Below, piece by piece: positions 53,098 to 64,000 of a stretch of 64,000 nucleotides of DNA. Numbering within the stretch: position 1 is the stretch's first letter; every line of letters begins with the position of its first letter. The translations under genes and the position numbers were made by a program. The DNA lies in the sequence record NC_054927.1, one strand, 5' to 3'. The notes beneath the pieces were generated by a model, which made no database searches, was not told the DNA's origin, and saw only the letters and a program-made list of their open reading frames with translations. This DNA comes from Escherichia phage vB_EcoM_Ozark.

Positions 53098-56000
53098 ATG
53101 GCCGAGATTAAAAGAAAGTTCAGAGCAGAAGATGGTCTGGACGCAGGTGGTGATAAAATAATCAACGTAGCTTTAGCTGATCGTACCGTAGGAACTGACG
53201 GTGTTAACGTTGATTACTTAATTCAAGAAAACACAGTTCAACAATATGATCCAACTCGTGGATATTTAAAAGATTTTGTAATCATTTATGATAACCGCTT
53301 TTGGGCTGCTATAAATGATATTCCAAAACCGGCAGGAGCTTTTAATAGCGGGCGCTGGAGAGCATTACGTACAGACGCAAACTGGATTACGGTTTCATCT
53401 GGTTCATATCAATTAAAATCCGGTGAAGCTATTTCGGTTAATACTGCAACTGGAAATGACATCACGTTTACTTTACCATCTTCTCCAATTGATGGAGATA
53501 CTATCGTTCTCCAAGATATTGGAGGAAAACCTGGAGTTAACCAAGTTTTAATTGTAGCTCCAGTACAAAGTATTGTAAACTTTAGAGGTGAACAAGTACG
53601 TTCAGTACTAATGACTCATCCAAAGTCACAGCTAGTTTTAATTTTTAGTAATCGTCTGTGGCAAATGTATGTAGCTGATTATAGTAGAGAAGCTGTAGTT
53701 GTAACACCAGCGAATACTTATCAAGCGCAATCTAATGATTTTATCGTGCGTAGATTTACTTCTGCTGCACCAATTAATGTCAAACTTCCAAGATTTGCTA
53801 ATCATGGCGATATTATTAATTTCGTTGATTTAGATAAACTGAATCCACTTTATCATACAATTGTTACTACATACGATGAAACGACTTCAGTACAAGAAGT
53901 TGGAACTCATTCCATTGAAGGCCGTACATCGATTGACGGTTTCTTGATGTTCGATGATAATGAGAAATTGTGGAGATTGTTTGACGGTGACAGTAAAGCA
54001 CGTTTACGCATTATAACGACTAATTCTAATATTCGTCCAAATGAAGAAGTCATGGTGTTTGGAGCGAATAACGGAACAACTCAAACAATTGAGCTTCAGC
54101 TTCCTACTGATATTTCTGTTGGTGATACTGTTAAAATTTCCATGAATTACATGAGAAAAGGACAAACAGTTAAAATCAAGGCTGCGGGCGAAGATAAAAT
54201 TGCTTCTTCAGTTCAATTACTGCAATTCCCAAAACGCTCAGAATATCCGCCTGAAGCTGAGTGGGTTACAGTCCAAGAATTAGTTTTTAATGGTGAAACT
54301 AATTATGTTCCGGTTTTACAACTTGCTTATATAGAAGATTCTGATGGAAAATACTGGGTTGTACAGCAAAACGTTCCAACTGTAGAAAGAGTTGATTCTT
54401 TAAATGATTCTACTAGAGCAAGATTAGGCGTAATTGCTTTAGCTACACAAGCTCAAGCTAACGTCGATTTAGAAAATTCTCCTCAAAAAGAATTAGCAAT
54501 TACTCCAGAAACGTTAGCTAATCGTACTGCTACAGAAACTCGTAGAGGTATTGCAAGAATAGCAACTACTGCTCAAGTGAATCAGAACACCACATTCTCT
54601 TTTGCTGATGATATTATCATCACTCCTAAAAAGCTGAATGAAAGAACTGCTACAGAAACTCGCAGAGGTGTCGCAGAAATTGCTACACAGCAGGAAACTA
54701 ATACAGGTACTGATGATACTACAATCATTACTCCTAAAAAGCTTCAAGCTCGCCAAGGTTCTGAGTCATTATCTGGTATTGTAACTTTTGTATCTACTGC
54801 AGGTGCTACTCCAGCTTCTAGCCGTGAATTAAATGGTACGAATGTTTATAATAAAAACACTAATAATTTAGTTGTTTCACCTAAAGCTTTGGATCAGTAT
54901 AAAGCTACTCCAACGCAGCAAGGTGCAGTAATTTTAGCAGTTGAAAGTGAAGTAATTGCTGGACAAAGTCAGGAAGGATGGGCAAATGCTGTTGTAACAC
55001 CAGAAACGTTACATAAAAAGACATCAACTGATGACAGAATTGGTTTAATTGAAATTGCTACGCAAAGTGAAGTTAATACAGGAACTGATTATACTCGTGC
55101 AGTCACTCCTAAAACTTTAAATGACCGTAGAGCAACTGAAAGTTTAAGTGGTATAGCTGAAATTGCTACACAAGTTGAATTCGACGCAGGCGTCGACGAT
55201 ACTCGTATCTCTACACCATTAAAAATTAAAACCAGATTTAATAGTACTGATCGTACTTCTGTTGTTGCTCTATCTGGATTAGTTGAATCAGGAACTCTCT
55301 GGGACCATTATACCCTTAATATTCTTGAAGCAAATGAGACACAGCGTGGTACACTTCGTGTAGCTACACAGGTTGAAGCTGCTGCAGGAACATTAGATAA
55401 TGTTTTAATAACTCCTAAAAAGCTTTTAGGTACTAAATCTACCGAATCGCAAGAAGGTGTTATTAAAGTTGCAACTCAGTCTGAAACTGTGACTGGAACG
55501 TCAGCAAATACTGCTGTATCTCCAAAAAATTTAAAATGGATTGTGCAGAGTGAACCTACTTGGGCAGCTACTACTGCGATAAGAGGTTTTGTTAAAACTT
55601 CATCTGGTTCAATTACATTCGTTGGTAATGATACAGTCGGTTCTACCCAAGATTTAGAACTGTATGAGAAAAATAGCTATGCGGTATCACCATATGAATT
55701 AAACCGTGTATTAGCAAATTATTTGCCATTAAAAGCAAAAGCTGTAGATAGTAATTTATTGGATGGTCTAGATTCATCTCAGTTCATTCGTAGGGACATT
55801 GCGCAGACAGTTAATGGTTCACTAACCTTAACCCAACAAACGAATCTGAGTGCCCCTCTTGTATCATCTAGTACTGCTGCGTTTGGTGGTTCAGTTTCGG
55901 CAAATAGTACATTAACTATTTCTAATACTGGAACGGCAACTCGTCTGATTTTTGAGAAAGGACCTCAAACTGGAACTAACCCAGCGCAGACGATGACTAT

Positions 56001-56967
56001 CAGAGTTTGGGGAAATCAGTTTGGTGGTGGATCAGATACAACACGTTCTACTGTATTTGAAGTTGGTGATGAAACATCTAATCACTTTTATTCTCAACGT
56101 AATAAAGCTGGTAATATTACGTTTAGCATTAATGGTACTGTGATGCCAATAAATGTTAACGCTTCCGGTTCATTGAATGCGAATGGCGTAGCAACATTTG
56201 GTAGTTCAGTTACAGCCAATGGTGAATTCATTAGCAAGTCTGCAAATGCTTTCAGAGCAATAAACGGTGATTATGGATTCTTTATCAGGAATGATGGCGG
56301 CAGTACATATTTTATGCTTACTGCATCTGGTGATCAGACCGGTGGATTTAATGGATTACGTCCATTATCAATTAATAATCAATCCGGTCAAGTCACAATT
56401 GGTGAAAGCTTAATCATTGCCAAAGGTGCTACTATAAATTCAGGCGGTTTAACTGTTAACTCGAGAATTCGTTCTCAGGGTACTAAAACATCTGATTTAT
56501 ATACCCGTGCGCCAACATCTGATACGGTAGGATTCTGGTCAATTGATATTAACGATTCAGCCACTTATAACCAGTTCCCGGGTTATTTTAAAATGGTTGA
56601 AAAAACTAATGAAGTGACTGGGCTTCCATACTTAGAACGTGGCGAAGAAGTTAAATCTCCTGGTACACTGACTCAGTTTGGTAACACACTTGATTCGCTT
56701 TACCAAGATTGGATTACTTATCCAACGACGCCAGACGCGCGTACCACTCGCTGGACACGTACATGGCAGAAAACCAAAAACTCTTGGTCAAGTTTTGTTC
56801 AGGTATTTGATGGAGGTAACCCTCCTCAACCATCTGATATCGGTGCTTTACCATCTGATAATGCCACAATGGGTAATCTTACTATTCGTGATTTCTTACG
56901 AATTGGTAATGTTCGCATTATTCCTGACCCAGTGAATAAAACTGTTAAATTTGAATGGGTTGAATAA
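53098..56967 (+). CDS. 34: long tail fibre proximal subunit
   Basis: 1289-aa ORF, same length as T4 gp34. Confidence 0.93.
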   Translation: MAEIKRKFRAEDGLDAGGDKIINVALADRTVGTDGVNVDYLIQENTVQQYDPTRGYLKDFVIIYDNRFWAAINDIPKPAGAFNSGRWRALRTDANWITVSSGSYQLKSGEAISVNTATGNDITFTLPSSPIDGDTIVLQDIGGKPGVNQVLIVAPVQSIVNFRGEQVRSVLMTHPKSQLVLIFSNRLWQMYVADYSREAVVVTPANTYQAQSNDFIVRRFTSAAPINVKLPRFANHGDIINFVDLDKLNPLYHTIVTTYDETTSVQEVGTHSIEGRTSIDGFLMFDDNEKLWRLFDGDSKARLRIITTNSNIRPNEEVMVFGANNGTTQTIELQLPTDISVGDTVKISMNYMRKGQTVKIKAAGEDKIASSVQLLQFPKRSEYPPEAEWVTVQELVFNGETNYVPVLQLAYIEDSDGKYWVVQQNVPTVERVDSLNDSTRARLGVIALATQAQANVDLENSPQKELAITPETLANRTATETRRGIARIATTAQVNQNTTFSFADDIIITPKKLNERTATETRRGVAEIATQQETNTGTDDTTIITPKKLQARQGSESLSGIVTFVSTAGATPASSRELNGTNVYNKNTNNLVVSPKALDQYKATPTQQGAVILAVESEVIAGQSQEGWANAVVTPETLHKKTSTDDRIGLIEIATQSEVNTGTDYTRAVTPKTLNDRRATESLSGIAEIATQVEFDAGVDDTRISTPLKIKTRFNSTDRTSVVALSGLVESGTLWDHYTLNILEANETQRGTLRVATQVEAAAGTLDNVLITPKKLLGTKSTESQEGVIKVATQSETVTGTSANTAVSPKNLKWIVQSEPTWAATTAIRGFVKTSSGSITFVGNDTVGSTQDLELYEKNSYAVSPYELNRVLANYLPLKAKAVDSNLLDGLDSSQFIRRDIAQTVNGSLTLTQQTNLSAPLVSSSTAAFGGSVSANSTLTISNTGTATRLIFEKGPQTGTNPAQTMTIRVWGNQFGGGSDTTRSTVFEVGDETSNHFYSQRNKAGNITFSINGTVMPINVNASGSLNANGVATFGSSVTANGEFISKSANAFRAINGDYGFFIRNDGGSTYFMLTASGDQTGGFNGLRPLSINNQSGQVTIGESLIIAKGATINSGGLTVNSRIRSQGTKTSDLYTRAPTSDTVGFWSIDINDSATYNQFPGYFKMVEKTNEVTGLPYLERGEEVKSPGTLTQFGNTLDSLYQDWITYPTTPDARTTRWTRTWQKTKNSWSSFVQVFDGGNPPQPSDIGALPSDNATMGNLTIRDFLRIGNVRIIPDPVNKTVKFEWVE

Positions 56968-56975
56968 GAGGTATT

Positions 56976-58091
56976 ATGGAAAAATTTATGGCAGAGTTTG
57001 GACAAGGATATGTCCAAACGCCATTTTTATCGGAAAGCAATTCAGTAAGATATAAAATAAGCATAGCGGGTTCTTGCCCGCTTTCTACAGCAGGGCCATA
57101 CGTTAAATTTCAGGATAATCCTGTAGGAAGTCAAACATTTAGCGCAGGACTTCATTTAAGAGTTTTTGACCCTTCCACCGGAGCATTAGTTGATAGTAAG
57201 TCATATGCTTTTTCGACTTCAAATGACACTACATCAGCTGCCTTTGTTAGCTTCATGAATTCTTTGACGAATAATAGACTTGTTGCTATATTAACTAACG
57301 GAAAGGTTAATTTTCCTCCTGAGGTAGTATCTTGGTTAAGAACCGCCGGAACGTCTGCTTTTCCATCTGATTCTATATTGTCAAGATTTGACGTATCATA
57401 TGCTGCTTTTTACACTTCTTCTAAAAGAGCTATTGCATTAGAGCATGTTAAACTAAGTAATAGAAAAAGCACAGATGATTATCAAACTGTATTAGATGTA
57501 GTATTTGATAGTTTAGAAGATGTTGGAGCGACAGGATTTCCTAAAAGAACATACGAAAGCGTTGAGCAATTTATGTCAGCTGTTGGTGGAACTAATAACG
57601 AAATTGCGCGTTTACCGACTTCATCCGCGATAAGTAAACTCTCTGATTATAATTTAGTTCCTGGTGATGTTCTTTATCTTAAAGCTCAGTTATATGCTGA
57701 TGCGGATTTACTTGCGCTTGGAACTACAAATATATCTATCCGTTTTTATAATGCATCAAATGGATATATTTCCTCGACACAAGCTGAATTTACCGGACAA
57801 GCTGGGTCATGGGAATTAAAGGAAGATTATGTAGTTGTTCCAGAAAACGCTGTAGGATTTACGATATATGCACAAAGAACTGCTAAAGCTGGCCAAGGTG
57901 GCATGAGAAATTTAAGCTTTTCTGAAGTATCAAGAAACGGCGGTATTTCAAAACCTGCTGAATTTGGCGTCAACGGTATTCGTGTTAATTATATCTGTGA
58001 ATCCGCTTCACCTCCGGATATAATGGTACTTCCTACGCAAGCATCATCTAAAACTGGTAAAGTGTTTGGGCAAGAATTTAGAGAAGTATAA
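56976..58091 (+). CDS. 35: long tail fibre hinge (knee) protein
   Basis: 371-aa ORF following gene 34. Confidence 0.85.
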   Translation: MEKFMAEFGQGYVQTPFLSESNSVRYKISIAGSCPLSTAGPYVKFQDNPVGSQTFSAGLHLRVFDPSTGALVDSKSYAFSTSNDTTSAAFVSFMNSLTNNRLVAILTNGKVNFPPEVVSWLRTAGTSAFPSDSILSRFDVSYAAFYTSSKRAIALEHVKLSNRKSTDDYQTVLDVVFDSLEDVGATGFPKRTYESVEQFMSAVGGTNNEIARLPTSSAISKLSDYNLVPGDVLYLKAQLYADADLLALGTTNISIRFYNASNGYISSTQAEFTGQAGSWELKEDYVVVPENAVGFTIYAQRTAKAGQGGMRNLSFSEVSRNGGISKPAEFGVNGIRVNYICESASPPDIMVLPTQASSKTGKVFGQEFREV

Positions 58092-58096
58092 ATTGA

Positions 58097-58114
58097 GGGA
58101 GCCTTCGGGTTCCC
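58097..58114 (+). terminator. intrinsic terminator after gene 35
   Basis: GGGAGCC-UUCG-GGUUCCC hairpin followed by UUUUUCUUU. Confidence 0.65.
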
Positions 58115-58122
58115 TTTTTCTT

Positions 58123-58130
58123 TATAAATA
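58123..58130 (+). promoter_or_regulatory. late promoter motif upstream of gene 36
   Basis: TATAAATA 23 nt upstream of the gene 36 ATG. Confidence 0.6.
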
Positions 58131-58153
58131 CTATTAAAATAAAGGGGCATACA

Positions 58154-58819
58154 ATGGCTGATTTAAAAGTAGGTTCAACAACCGGAGGCTCTGTCATTTG
58201 GCATCAAGGAAATTTTCCATTGAATCCAGCCGGTGACGATGTACTCTATAAATCATTTAAAATATATTCAGAATATAATAAACCACAAGCTGCTGATAAC
58301 GATTTCGTTTCTAAAGCTAATGGTGGTACTTATGCATCAAAGGTAACATTTAACGGTGGAATTCAAGTTCCGTATGCTGTAAACAACACAAACCCATGCG
58401 GTGTTTATCCAGGTAACGGTGATAATGCTACTTTTGCTGTAGCAAATATCGATATTGTTTCGTGGAATGGTATTGGTTTTAAATCATCACAAGGTTCAGC
58501 AGCTCGAACTGTTGTAATTAATGCACGTAATGGTGATATTAGTACAAAAGGCGTTGTGTCGGCAGCAGGTCAAGTAAGAAGTGATGCGGCTGCTCCTATA
58601 GCAGCGAATGACCTTACTAGAAAGGACTATGTTGATGGAGCAATAAATACTGTTACGGCAAATGCAAACTCTAGGGTGCTACGGTCTGGTGACACCATGA
58701 TAGGTAATTTAACAGCGCCAAACTTTTTCTCGCAGAATCCTGCATCTCAACCTTCACACGTTCCACGATTTGACCAAATCGTAATTAAGGATTCTGTTCA
58801 AGATTTCGGCTATTATTAA
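58154..58819 (+). CDS. 36: long tail fibre distal connector
   Basis: 221-aa ORF, same length as T4 gp36. Confidence 0.88.
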   Translation: MADLKVGSTTGGSVIWHQGNFPLNPAGDDVLYKSFKIYSEYNKPQAADNDFVSKANGGTYASKVTFNGGIQVPYAVNNTNPCGVYPGNGDNATFAVANIDIVSWNGIGFKSSQGSAARTVVINARNGDISTKGVVSAAGQVRSDAAAPIAANDLTRKDYVDGAINTVTANANSRVLRSGDTMIGNLTAPNFFSQNPASQPSHVPRFDQIVIKDSVQDFGYY

Positions 58820-58827
58820 GAGGACTT

Positions 58828-61800
58828 ATGGCTACTTTAAAACAAATACAATTTAAAAGAAGCAAAACCGCAGGTGCACGTCCTGCTGCTTCAGTATTAG
58901 CCGAAGGTGAATTGGCTATAAACTTAAAAGATAGAACAATTTTTACTAAAGATGATTCAGGAAATATCATCGATTTAAGCATTTCTACTGGCGGTAATAT
59001 CAGTGGTAATATCACTCAAACTGGTGATTATACACAGACTGGAAAATTTAATTTAATTGGTCCGCAAATTGTAGCAAGCGGTGGATATATTGAGTTTAAT
59101 TATCGTACTACTGGAAGTGGGGCTTGGTCCGGTCAACATACTGCGAAAGCTCCAATTTTTGTAGATTTAAGCTCAGCTACTTCCACATCTGAATATAATC
59201 CTATAATTAAACAGCGCTTTAAAGATGGAACTTTTTCATTAGGTACTTTAGTTTCTGAAGGTTCGTTGAAGATTCATTATATCAATGAATCTGGCGATTC
59301 GAAATATTGGACGTTTCGACGTGACGGCGGATTTACTGTTGACGGTGGAGGTTTAGCAGTATCAGGAGGTAGTATAACTACATCTGGAAATATTGCAGCT
59401 ATTGGAAATATTACTTCGCCTCAGATTAATACTAAAAATATTATTTTAGATACAAAAGCATTTGGACAATACGATTCGCAATCATTAGTTCAATATGTTT
59501 ATCCTGGAACAGGCGAAGAAAATGGTATAAACTATCTTCGTAAAGTTCGAGCTAAATCAGGCGGTACAATTTATCATGAATTAGCTTCTGCGCAAACCGG
59601 AAAAAGTGATGAACTTTCTTGGTGGACTGGTAATACAGCCGTTAATAAACAAATGGGTCTTCGTAATGATGGGGCTTTAGTATTACGACGCTCACTCGCA
59701 ATTGGTACAATTACAACAGATGAAAACATTAATAACTACGGCTCCGCTGGAGCAATGGGCGAATGTTATATAGTTATCGGTGATGCATCAACAGGCTTAT
59801 CATACAAAAAAACTGGAGTATATGATTTAGTTGCTAGTGGTCTTTCTTTAGCATCTATTACTCCTGATAGTTTCCGTAGTACCCGTAAAGCGATTTTTGG
59901 TCGTTCCGAGGACCAAGGTACAACATGGATTATGCCTGGAACCAACGCCGCGTTTTTATCGGTTCAAACACAAGCTGATGAAAACACTGCTGGAGACGGC
60001 CAGACGCATATTGGCTATAACTCAGGCGGAAAAATGAACCACTATTTCCGTGGTAAAGGCAAAACTAATATTAATACTCAAGAAGGCATGGAAGTTAACC
60101 CGGGTATTTTGAAATTGGTAACTGGCTCTAATAATGTAATGTTTTATGCTGATGGCGGTATTACATCTGTTAAGCAGCTTTCAATATATAATGGCATATA
60201 TTTAGCAGCTAATAATTCTACTGCTGGGCTAACATTCGCTCCAACTACTACAATTGATGGCACTAAGCAAATTTTGTGGGAAGGCGGTACTCGTGCTGGT
60301 CAGAATAAAAGCTATGTAACTGTTAAAGCATGGGGTAATTCATTTAACGCATCTGGCGATCGTAATCGTGAAACGGTTTTTGAAGTAGCTGATGGACAAG
60401 GATATTATTTTTATTCACAGCGTGTGGCTCCAAGTGGCTCTGAAACTACTGGGCCTGTTGTAACCCAGTTCAATGGACAAGTTAATGCTAGAGGAAGTAT
60501 TATTACTGACGGAAGTTTTAAAGTTAATGGATTAAGCACTTTAGTCGGTAATGTTACCATGTCTAATGGTTTGTTTGTCCAAGGTGGTTCTTCTATTACT
60601 GGACAAGTAAAAATTGGTGGAACTGCTGATGCATTAAGAATTTGGAATGCCGAATACGGTGCTATTTTCCGTCGCTCAGAAACAGCATTACATATTATCC
60701 CGACTCCTAAAGATGCCGGTGAAAGTGGTGGAATAAGTAATCTCCGCCCACTTAGTATTAGTCTTAATAATGGTATGGTACAAATGCGCCATTCTGTTAC
60801 GTTAGGCGATGATGGCGCTGGCGGTAATATGATTACTGTGGACAACGATACCAAACTTGTTGTTGTTACTAGTAATAGTCGCATTTCTCCTAATTACCGT
60901 ATGCAGGTAGGACAAGCAGCTTATATTGATGCTGAATGTACTGACACAGTTCGCCCGGCTGGTGCAGGGTCTTTTGCTTCACAAAATAATGAAAACGTTC
61001 GTGCTCCATTCTATATGAATATTAATCGTACAGATACAAGTACTTACGTTCCTATTTTGAAACAACGATATGTCCAAGGAAACAGTTGTTATTCTCCAGG
61101 AACTCTAATTAACGGCGGTAACTTCAGAGTTCATTATCATGAAGGCGGCGATGGCGGTTCGACTGGCGCTATTATAAAGGATTTAGGTTGGGAATTTAAC
61201 AAAAATGGTGATTTTATATCTCCTAAGCGTGTTTCTGCTGGTGGTTCAGTTTATTTAGGTACAGACGGCAATATTACAGGTGGTTCTGGCAATTTTGCTA
61301 ATTTAAACAGTACAATTGAATCACTTAAAACCGATATTGTATCGAGTTACCCAATCGGTGCTCCTATTCCATGGCCAACGGATACTCCTCCTGACGGTTA
61401 CGCTATTATGGAAGGCCAGACTTTTGATAAGTCTGCATACCCAAAATTGGCTATGGCTTACCCATCTGGCGTAATTCCAGATATGCGCGGGCAAACTATT
61501 AAAGGTAAACCAAGTGGTCGAGCTGTATTAAGCGCAGAAGCCGATGGTGTTAAGGCTCATAGCCATAGTGCATCGGCTTCAAGTACTGACTTGGGTACTA
61601 AAACTACGTCGAGTTTTGATTATGGTACTAAGACGACAAGTAGCTTTGACTATGGCACTAAGACTAGCAATACCACAGGTAACCACTCTCATACTGTAAG
61701 CGGTACTACGAGTTCTGCTGGTGCACACCAACATGCGCGCTCAGGTCCTCAGATACAAGCCGGCATACCCAATAACATATTCTATGACGGATATAATAGT

Positions 61801-62103
61801 GTAGGTGCAAACGCCAACGCTAAATTCACTGGAACCGTGAACGGTGCTACTGCAGGGTCGAATATAGCCAAAACTTCTTCAGACGGTGCTCATACTCATA
61901 CTTGGTCTGGTACTACAAGCACTACAGGTAACCATGCTCACACAGTAGGTATTGGTGCTCATACCCATACTGTAGGTATCGGTGCTCATACCCACACGGT
62001 AGCAATTGGCTCGCATGGTCATACTATCACTGTAAATAGTACAGGTAATACAGAAAACACGGTTAAAAACATTGCTTTTAACTATATCGTTCGTTTAGCA
62101 TAA
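58828..62103 (+). CDS. 37: long tail fibre distal subunit (receptor-recognising)
   Basis: 1091-aa ORF ending ...[10 protein letters not shown] with a C-terminal HxH array; longer than the 1026 aa recalled for T4 gp37. Confidence 0.9.
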   Translation: MATLKQIQFKRSKTAGARPAASVLAEGELAINLKDRTIFTKDDSGNIIDLSISTGGNISGNITQTGDYTQTGKFNLIGPQIVASGGYIEFNYRTTGSGAWSGQHTAKAPIFVDLSSATSTSEYNPIIKQRFKDGTFSLGTLVSEGSLKIHYINESGDSKYWTFRRDGGFTVDGGGLAVSGGSITTSGNIAAIGNITSPQINTKNIILDTKAFGQYDSQSLVQYVYPGTGEENGINYLRKVRAKSGGTIYHELASAQTGKSDELSWWTGNTAVNKQMGLRNDGALVLRRSLAIGTITTDENINNYGSAGAMGECYIVIGDASTGLSYKKTGVYDLVASGLSLASITPDSFRSTRKAIFGRSEDQGTTWIMPGTNAAFLSVQTQADENTAGDGQTHIGYNSGGKMNHYFRGKGKTNINTQEGMEVNPGILKLVTGSNNVMFYADGGITSVKQLSIYNGIYLAANNSTAGLTFAPTTTIDGTKQILWEGGTRAGQNKSYVTVKAWGNSFNASGDRNRETVFEVADGQGYYFYSQRVAPSGSETTGPVVTQFNGQVNARGSIITDGSFKVNGLSTLVGNVTMSNGLFVQGGSSITGQVKIGGTADALRIWNAEYGAIFRRSETALHIIPTPKDAGESGGISNLRPLSISLNNGMVQMRHSVTLGDDGAGGNMITVDNDTKLVVVTSNSRISPNYRMQVGQAAYIDAECTDTVRPAGAGSFASQNNENVRAPFYMNINRTDTSTYVPILKQRYVQGNSCYSPGTLINGGNFRVHYHEGGDGGSTGAIIKDLGWEFNKNGDFISPKRVSAGGSVYLGTDGNITGGSGNFANLNSTIESLKTDIVSSYPIGAPIPWPTDTPPDGYAIMEGQTFDKSAYPKLAMAYPSGVIPDMRGQTIKGKPSGRAVLSAEADGVKAHSHSASASSTDLGTKTTSSFDYGTKTTSSFDYGTKTSNTTGNHSHTVSGTTSSAGAHQHARSGPQIQAGIPNNIFYDGYNSVGANANAKFTGTVNGATAGSNIAKTSSDGAHTHTWSGTTSTTGNHAHTVGIGAHTHTVGIGAHTHTVAIGSHGHTITVNSTGNTENTVKNIAFNYIVRLA
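61594..61653 (+). repeat. tandem 30-nt coding repeat in gene 37 ([10 protein letters not shown] twice) with synonymous codon divergence
   Basis: Two adjacent units encode identical decapeptides but differ at about 10 of 30 nucleotides; a third degenerate unit follows. Confidence 0.7.
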
Positions 62104-62123
62104 GGAGAGGGGCTTCGGCCCCT
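62104..62123 (+). promoter_or_regulatory. split Shine-Dalgarno: GGAG, then 16-nt UUCG hairpin, then AUG of gene 38
   Basis: Reads UAAGGAG-AGGGGC-UUCG-GCCCCU-UCUAAAU-AUG. Confidence 0.6.
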
Positions 62124-62130
62124 TCTAAAT

Positions 62131-62682
62131 ATGAAAATATATCATTATTATTTTGACACTAAAGAATTTTACAAAGAAGAAAATTACAAACCGGTTAAAG
62201 GCCTCGGTCTTCCTGCTCATTCAACAATTAAAAAACCTTTAGAACCTAAAGAAGGATATGCAGTTGTATTTGATGAACGTACTCAGGATTGGATTTATGA
62301 AGAAGACCATCGCGGAAAACGAGCATGGACTTTTAATAAAGAAGAAATTTTTATAAGTGAAATTGGAAGCCCGGTTGGTATAACTTTTGATGAGCCTGGC
62401 GAATTTGATATATGGACTGATGACGGTTGGAAAGAAGACGAAACATATAAGCGAGTTTTAATTCGTAATAGAAAAATTGAAGAATTATATAAAGAGTTCC
62501 AAGTTTTAAATAATATGATTGAAGCTTCTGTCGCCAATAAAAAGGAAAAATTTTATTATAAAAACCTTAAGCGGTTCTTTGCTCTTTTAGAAAAGCATGA
62601 GCATTTAGGTGGTGAATTCCCTTCATGGCCTGAAAAAGAACGGAAACCTTGGTATAAGCGTTTATTCAAGCATTACGTATAA
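62131..62682 (+). CDS. 38: tail fibre assembly chaperone (T4-type gp38)
   Basis: 183-aa ORF starting MKIYHYYFDTKEFYKEENYKP; T4-type chaperone rather than T2-type adhesin. Confidence 0.88.
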   Translation: MKIYHYYFDTKEFYKEENYKPVKGLGLPAHSTIKKPLEPKEGYAVVFDERTQDWIYEEDHRGKRAWTFNKEEIFISEIGSPVGITFDEPGEFDIWTDDGWKEDETYKRVLIRNRKIEELYKEFQVLNNMIEASVANKKEKFYYKNLKRFFALLEKHEHLGGEFPSWPEKERKPWYKRLFKHYV

Positions 62683-62685
62683 ATA
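62678..62685 (+). promoter_or_regulatory. late promoter motif upstream of holin gene t
   Basis: TATAAATA overlapping the gene 38 stop, 17 nt before the t ATG. Confidence 0.55.
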
Positions 62686-62702
62686 TCTTAAAAGGAGGGT
62701 CT

Positions 62703-63359
62703 ATGGCAGCACCTAGAATATCATTTTCGCCCTCTGATATTCTGTTTGGTGTTCTAGATCGCTTGTTCAAAGATAACGCTACTGGGAAGGTTCTTGCTTC
62801 CCGGGTAGCTGTCGTAATTCTTTTATTTATGATGGCGATTGTTTGGTATAGGGGAGATAGTTTCTTTGAGTACTATAAGCAATCAAAGTATGAAACATAC
62901 AGTGAAATTATTGAAAAGGAAAGAAATGCACGCTTTGAATCTGTCGCCCTGGAACAACTCCAGATAGTTCATATATCATCTGAGGCAGACTTTAGTGCGG
63001 TGTATTCTTTCCGCCCTAAAAACTTAAACTATTTTGTTGATATTATAGCATACGAAGGAAGATTACCTTCAACAATAACTGAAAAATCACTTGGAGGATA
63101 TCCTGTTGATAAAACTATGGATGAATATGCAGTTCATTTAAATGGACGTCATTATTATTCTGACTCAAAATTTGCTTTTTTACCAACTAAAAAGCCTACT
63201 CCCGAAATAAACTACATGTACAGTTGTCCATATTTTAATTTGGATAATATCTATGCTGGAACGATAACCATGTACTGGTATAGAAATGATCATATAAGTA
63301 ATGACCGCCTTGAATCAATATGTGCTCAGGCGGCCAGAATATTAGGAAGGGCTAAATAA
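62703..63359 (+). CDS. t: holin
   Basis: 218-aa ORF with one N-terminal TM segment (VAVVILLFMMAIVWY) and a large periplasmic domain. Confidence 0.88.
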   Translation: MAAPRISFSPSDILFGVLDRLFKDNATGKVLASRVAVVILLFMMAIVWYRGDSFFEYYKQSKYETYSEIIEKERNARFESVALEQLQIVHISSEADFSAVYSFRPKNLNYFVDIIAYEGRLPSTITEKSLGGYPVDKTMDEYAVHLNGRHYYSDSKFAFLPTKKPTPEINYMYSCPYFNLDNIYAGTITMYWYRNDHISNDRLESICAQAARILGRAK

Positions 63360-63632
63360 TTATTTGTTCGTATACATCTCTAGATATCGATATACACCCT
63401 CAAAACCCTCGTTGAATTCGTCGATGAGGGTTTTCTTATCTTCCTGAGTTAATTCAGAAACAATTTTACGGAATGAATTCTGATTTAACTTTCTACCTTC
63501 ATGCGTTACTCCAATCTCATTCAGAAATGCAATAAAATTAGCACGATTTTCAACAATATCTTCTCTGGAAAATTTAATCAAAATAGACGCAACAGTAATA
63601 ATTTCACGAACTGTATCAATATTTTTATTCAT
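63360..63632 (-). CDS. asiA: anti-sigma-70 factor AsiA
   Basis: 90-aa ORF starting MNKNIDTVREIITVASILIKF. Confidence 0.9.
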   Translation of the reverse strand: MNKNIDTVREIITVASILIKFSREDIVENRANFIAFLNEIGVTHEGRKLNQNSFRKIVSELTQEDKKTLIDEFNEGFEGVYRYLEMYTNK

Positions 63633-63644
63633 TAACTATACCAC

Positions 63645-63797
63645 TCAATTAGTTGACTTTGTTATAATATCATCAGACGCTTGATTTGTAAACTGGTCTG
63701 TGTTATTTTCTTCAAAAATTTTTTCTACGAATTCCTTGAACGACTCACGTTCCTGAGCTACATTATGCTCGATTACCTTTTCAAGATTATGACTCAT
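63645..63797 (-). CDS. hypothetical small protein, absent from the ORF track
   Basis: Hand-translated 50-codon ORF MSHNLEKVIEHNVAQERESF...; its ATG overlaps the upstream stop (ATGA). Confidence 0.35.
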   Translation of the reverse strand: MSHNLEKVIEHNVAQERESFKEFVEKIFEENNTDQFTNQASDDIITKSTN

Positions 63798-64000
63798 TTG
63801 AAATAATCTTCAATTTCATAATCATGGACATAAAACATTATAGTTTTTAATACATCATCAATACTTTTTCCTGGAGCTGGAATTACGTAGAAATATCCTG
63901 CTTTTGAGAGGTCTTTATAAGTTCCAATCAAGAAATCATTATTCTCAAGATGTAGTTCTTCAACTAATTCATTAACAATTGAATGGTATAGGTTTGGTAG
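63794..64000 (-). CDS. hypothetical protein, C-terminal fragment (5' end outside window)
   Basis: Minus-strand frame open from the window edge to a TGA at 63794-63796. Confidence 0.4.
   Translation of the reverse strand, partial: LPNLYHSIVNELVEELHLENNDFLIGTYKDLSKAGYFYVIPAPGKSIDDVLKTIMFYVHDYEIEDYFK

Noticed and set aside
60411-60884. 157-aa minus-strand ORF inside gene 37, and similar internal antisense ORFs (2531-2833, 6063-6407, 6916-7314, 36528-36914, 50094-50498)
   Set aside because: All are embedded antisense within long, well-supported structural or enzyme genes and have no start signals; treated as six-frame artifacts.
61594-62040. Possible CRISPR-like array from short direct repeats
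   Set aside because: The repeats are in-frame coding repeats within gene 37, lack unique spacers of regular length, and no cas genes are present.

Overview
This window is a contiguous segment of a T4-like (T-even, Tequatrovirus-type) myovirus genome, read here in the same gene order I recall for T4. It runs from the 3' end of terminase gene 17 through the head and tail-sheath module (18, 19, 20, 67, 68, 21, 22, 23, 24), rnlB/hoc/inh, uvsW/uvsY, the baseplate block (25, 26, 51, 27, 28, 29, 48, 54), alt and DNA ligase 30, a long run of small early ORFs, rIII, 31, cd, pseT, spanins, alc, rnlA, denA, nrdB/nrdA, td, frd, 32, 59, 33, dsbA, rnh, the long tail fibre genes 34-38, holin t and asiA. It is not T4 itself: td is uninterrupted, gp37 is 1091 aa, and the seg/mobE endonuclease genes I recall at several T4 positions are absent. 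The most interesting signals are mobile-element related: a group I intron in nrdB carrying a full-length HNH homing endonuclease, and a free-standing I-TevI-like GIY-YIG endonuclease gene on the opposite strand between nrdA and an intronless td. Other notable points are two tandem Alt-family ADP-ribosyltransferase genes, a near-identical 54-bp promoter/leader cassette at two loci 15 kb apart, split Shine-Dalgarno hairpins upstream of genes 25, 38 and denA, and codon-diverged tandem repeats plus an HxH array at the gp37 C-terminus. All calls come from reading the sequence and from recalled T4 biology; no database search or folding was run, and the gene lengths, gene order and T4 protein N-termini cited as matches are from memory and should be confirmed by alignment.
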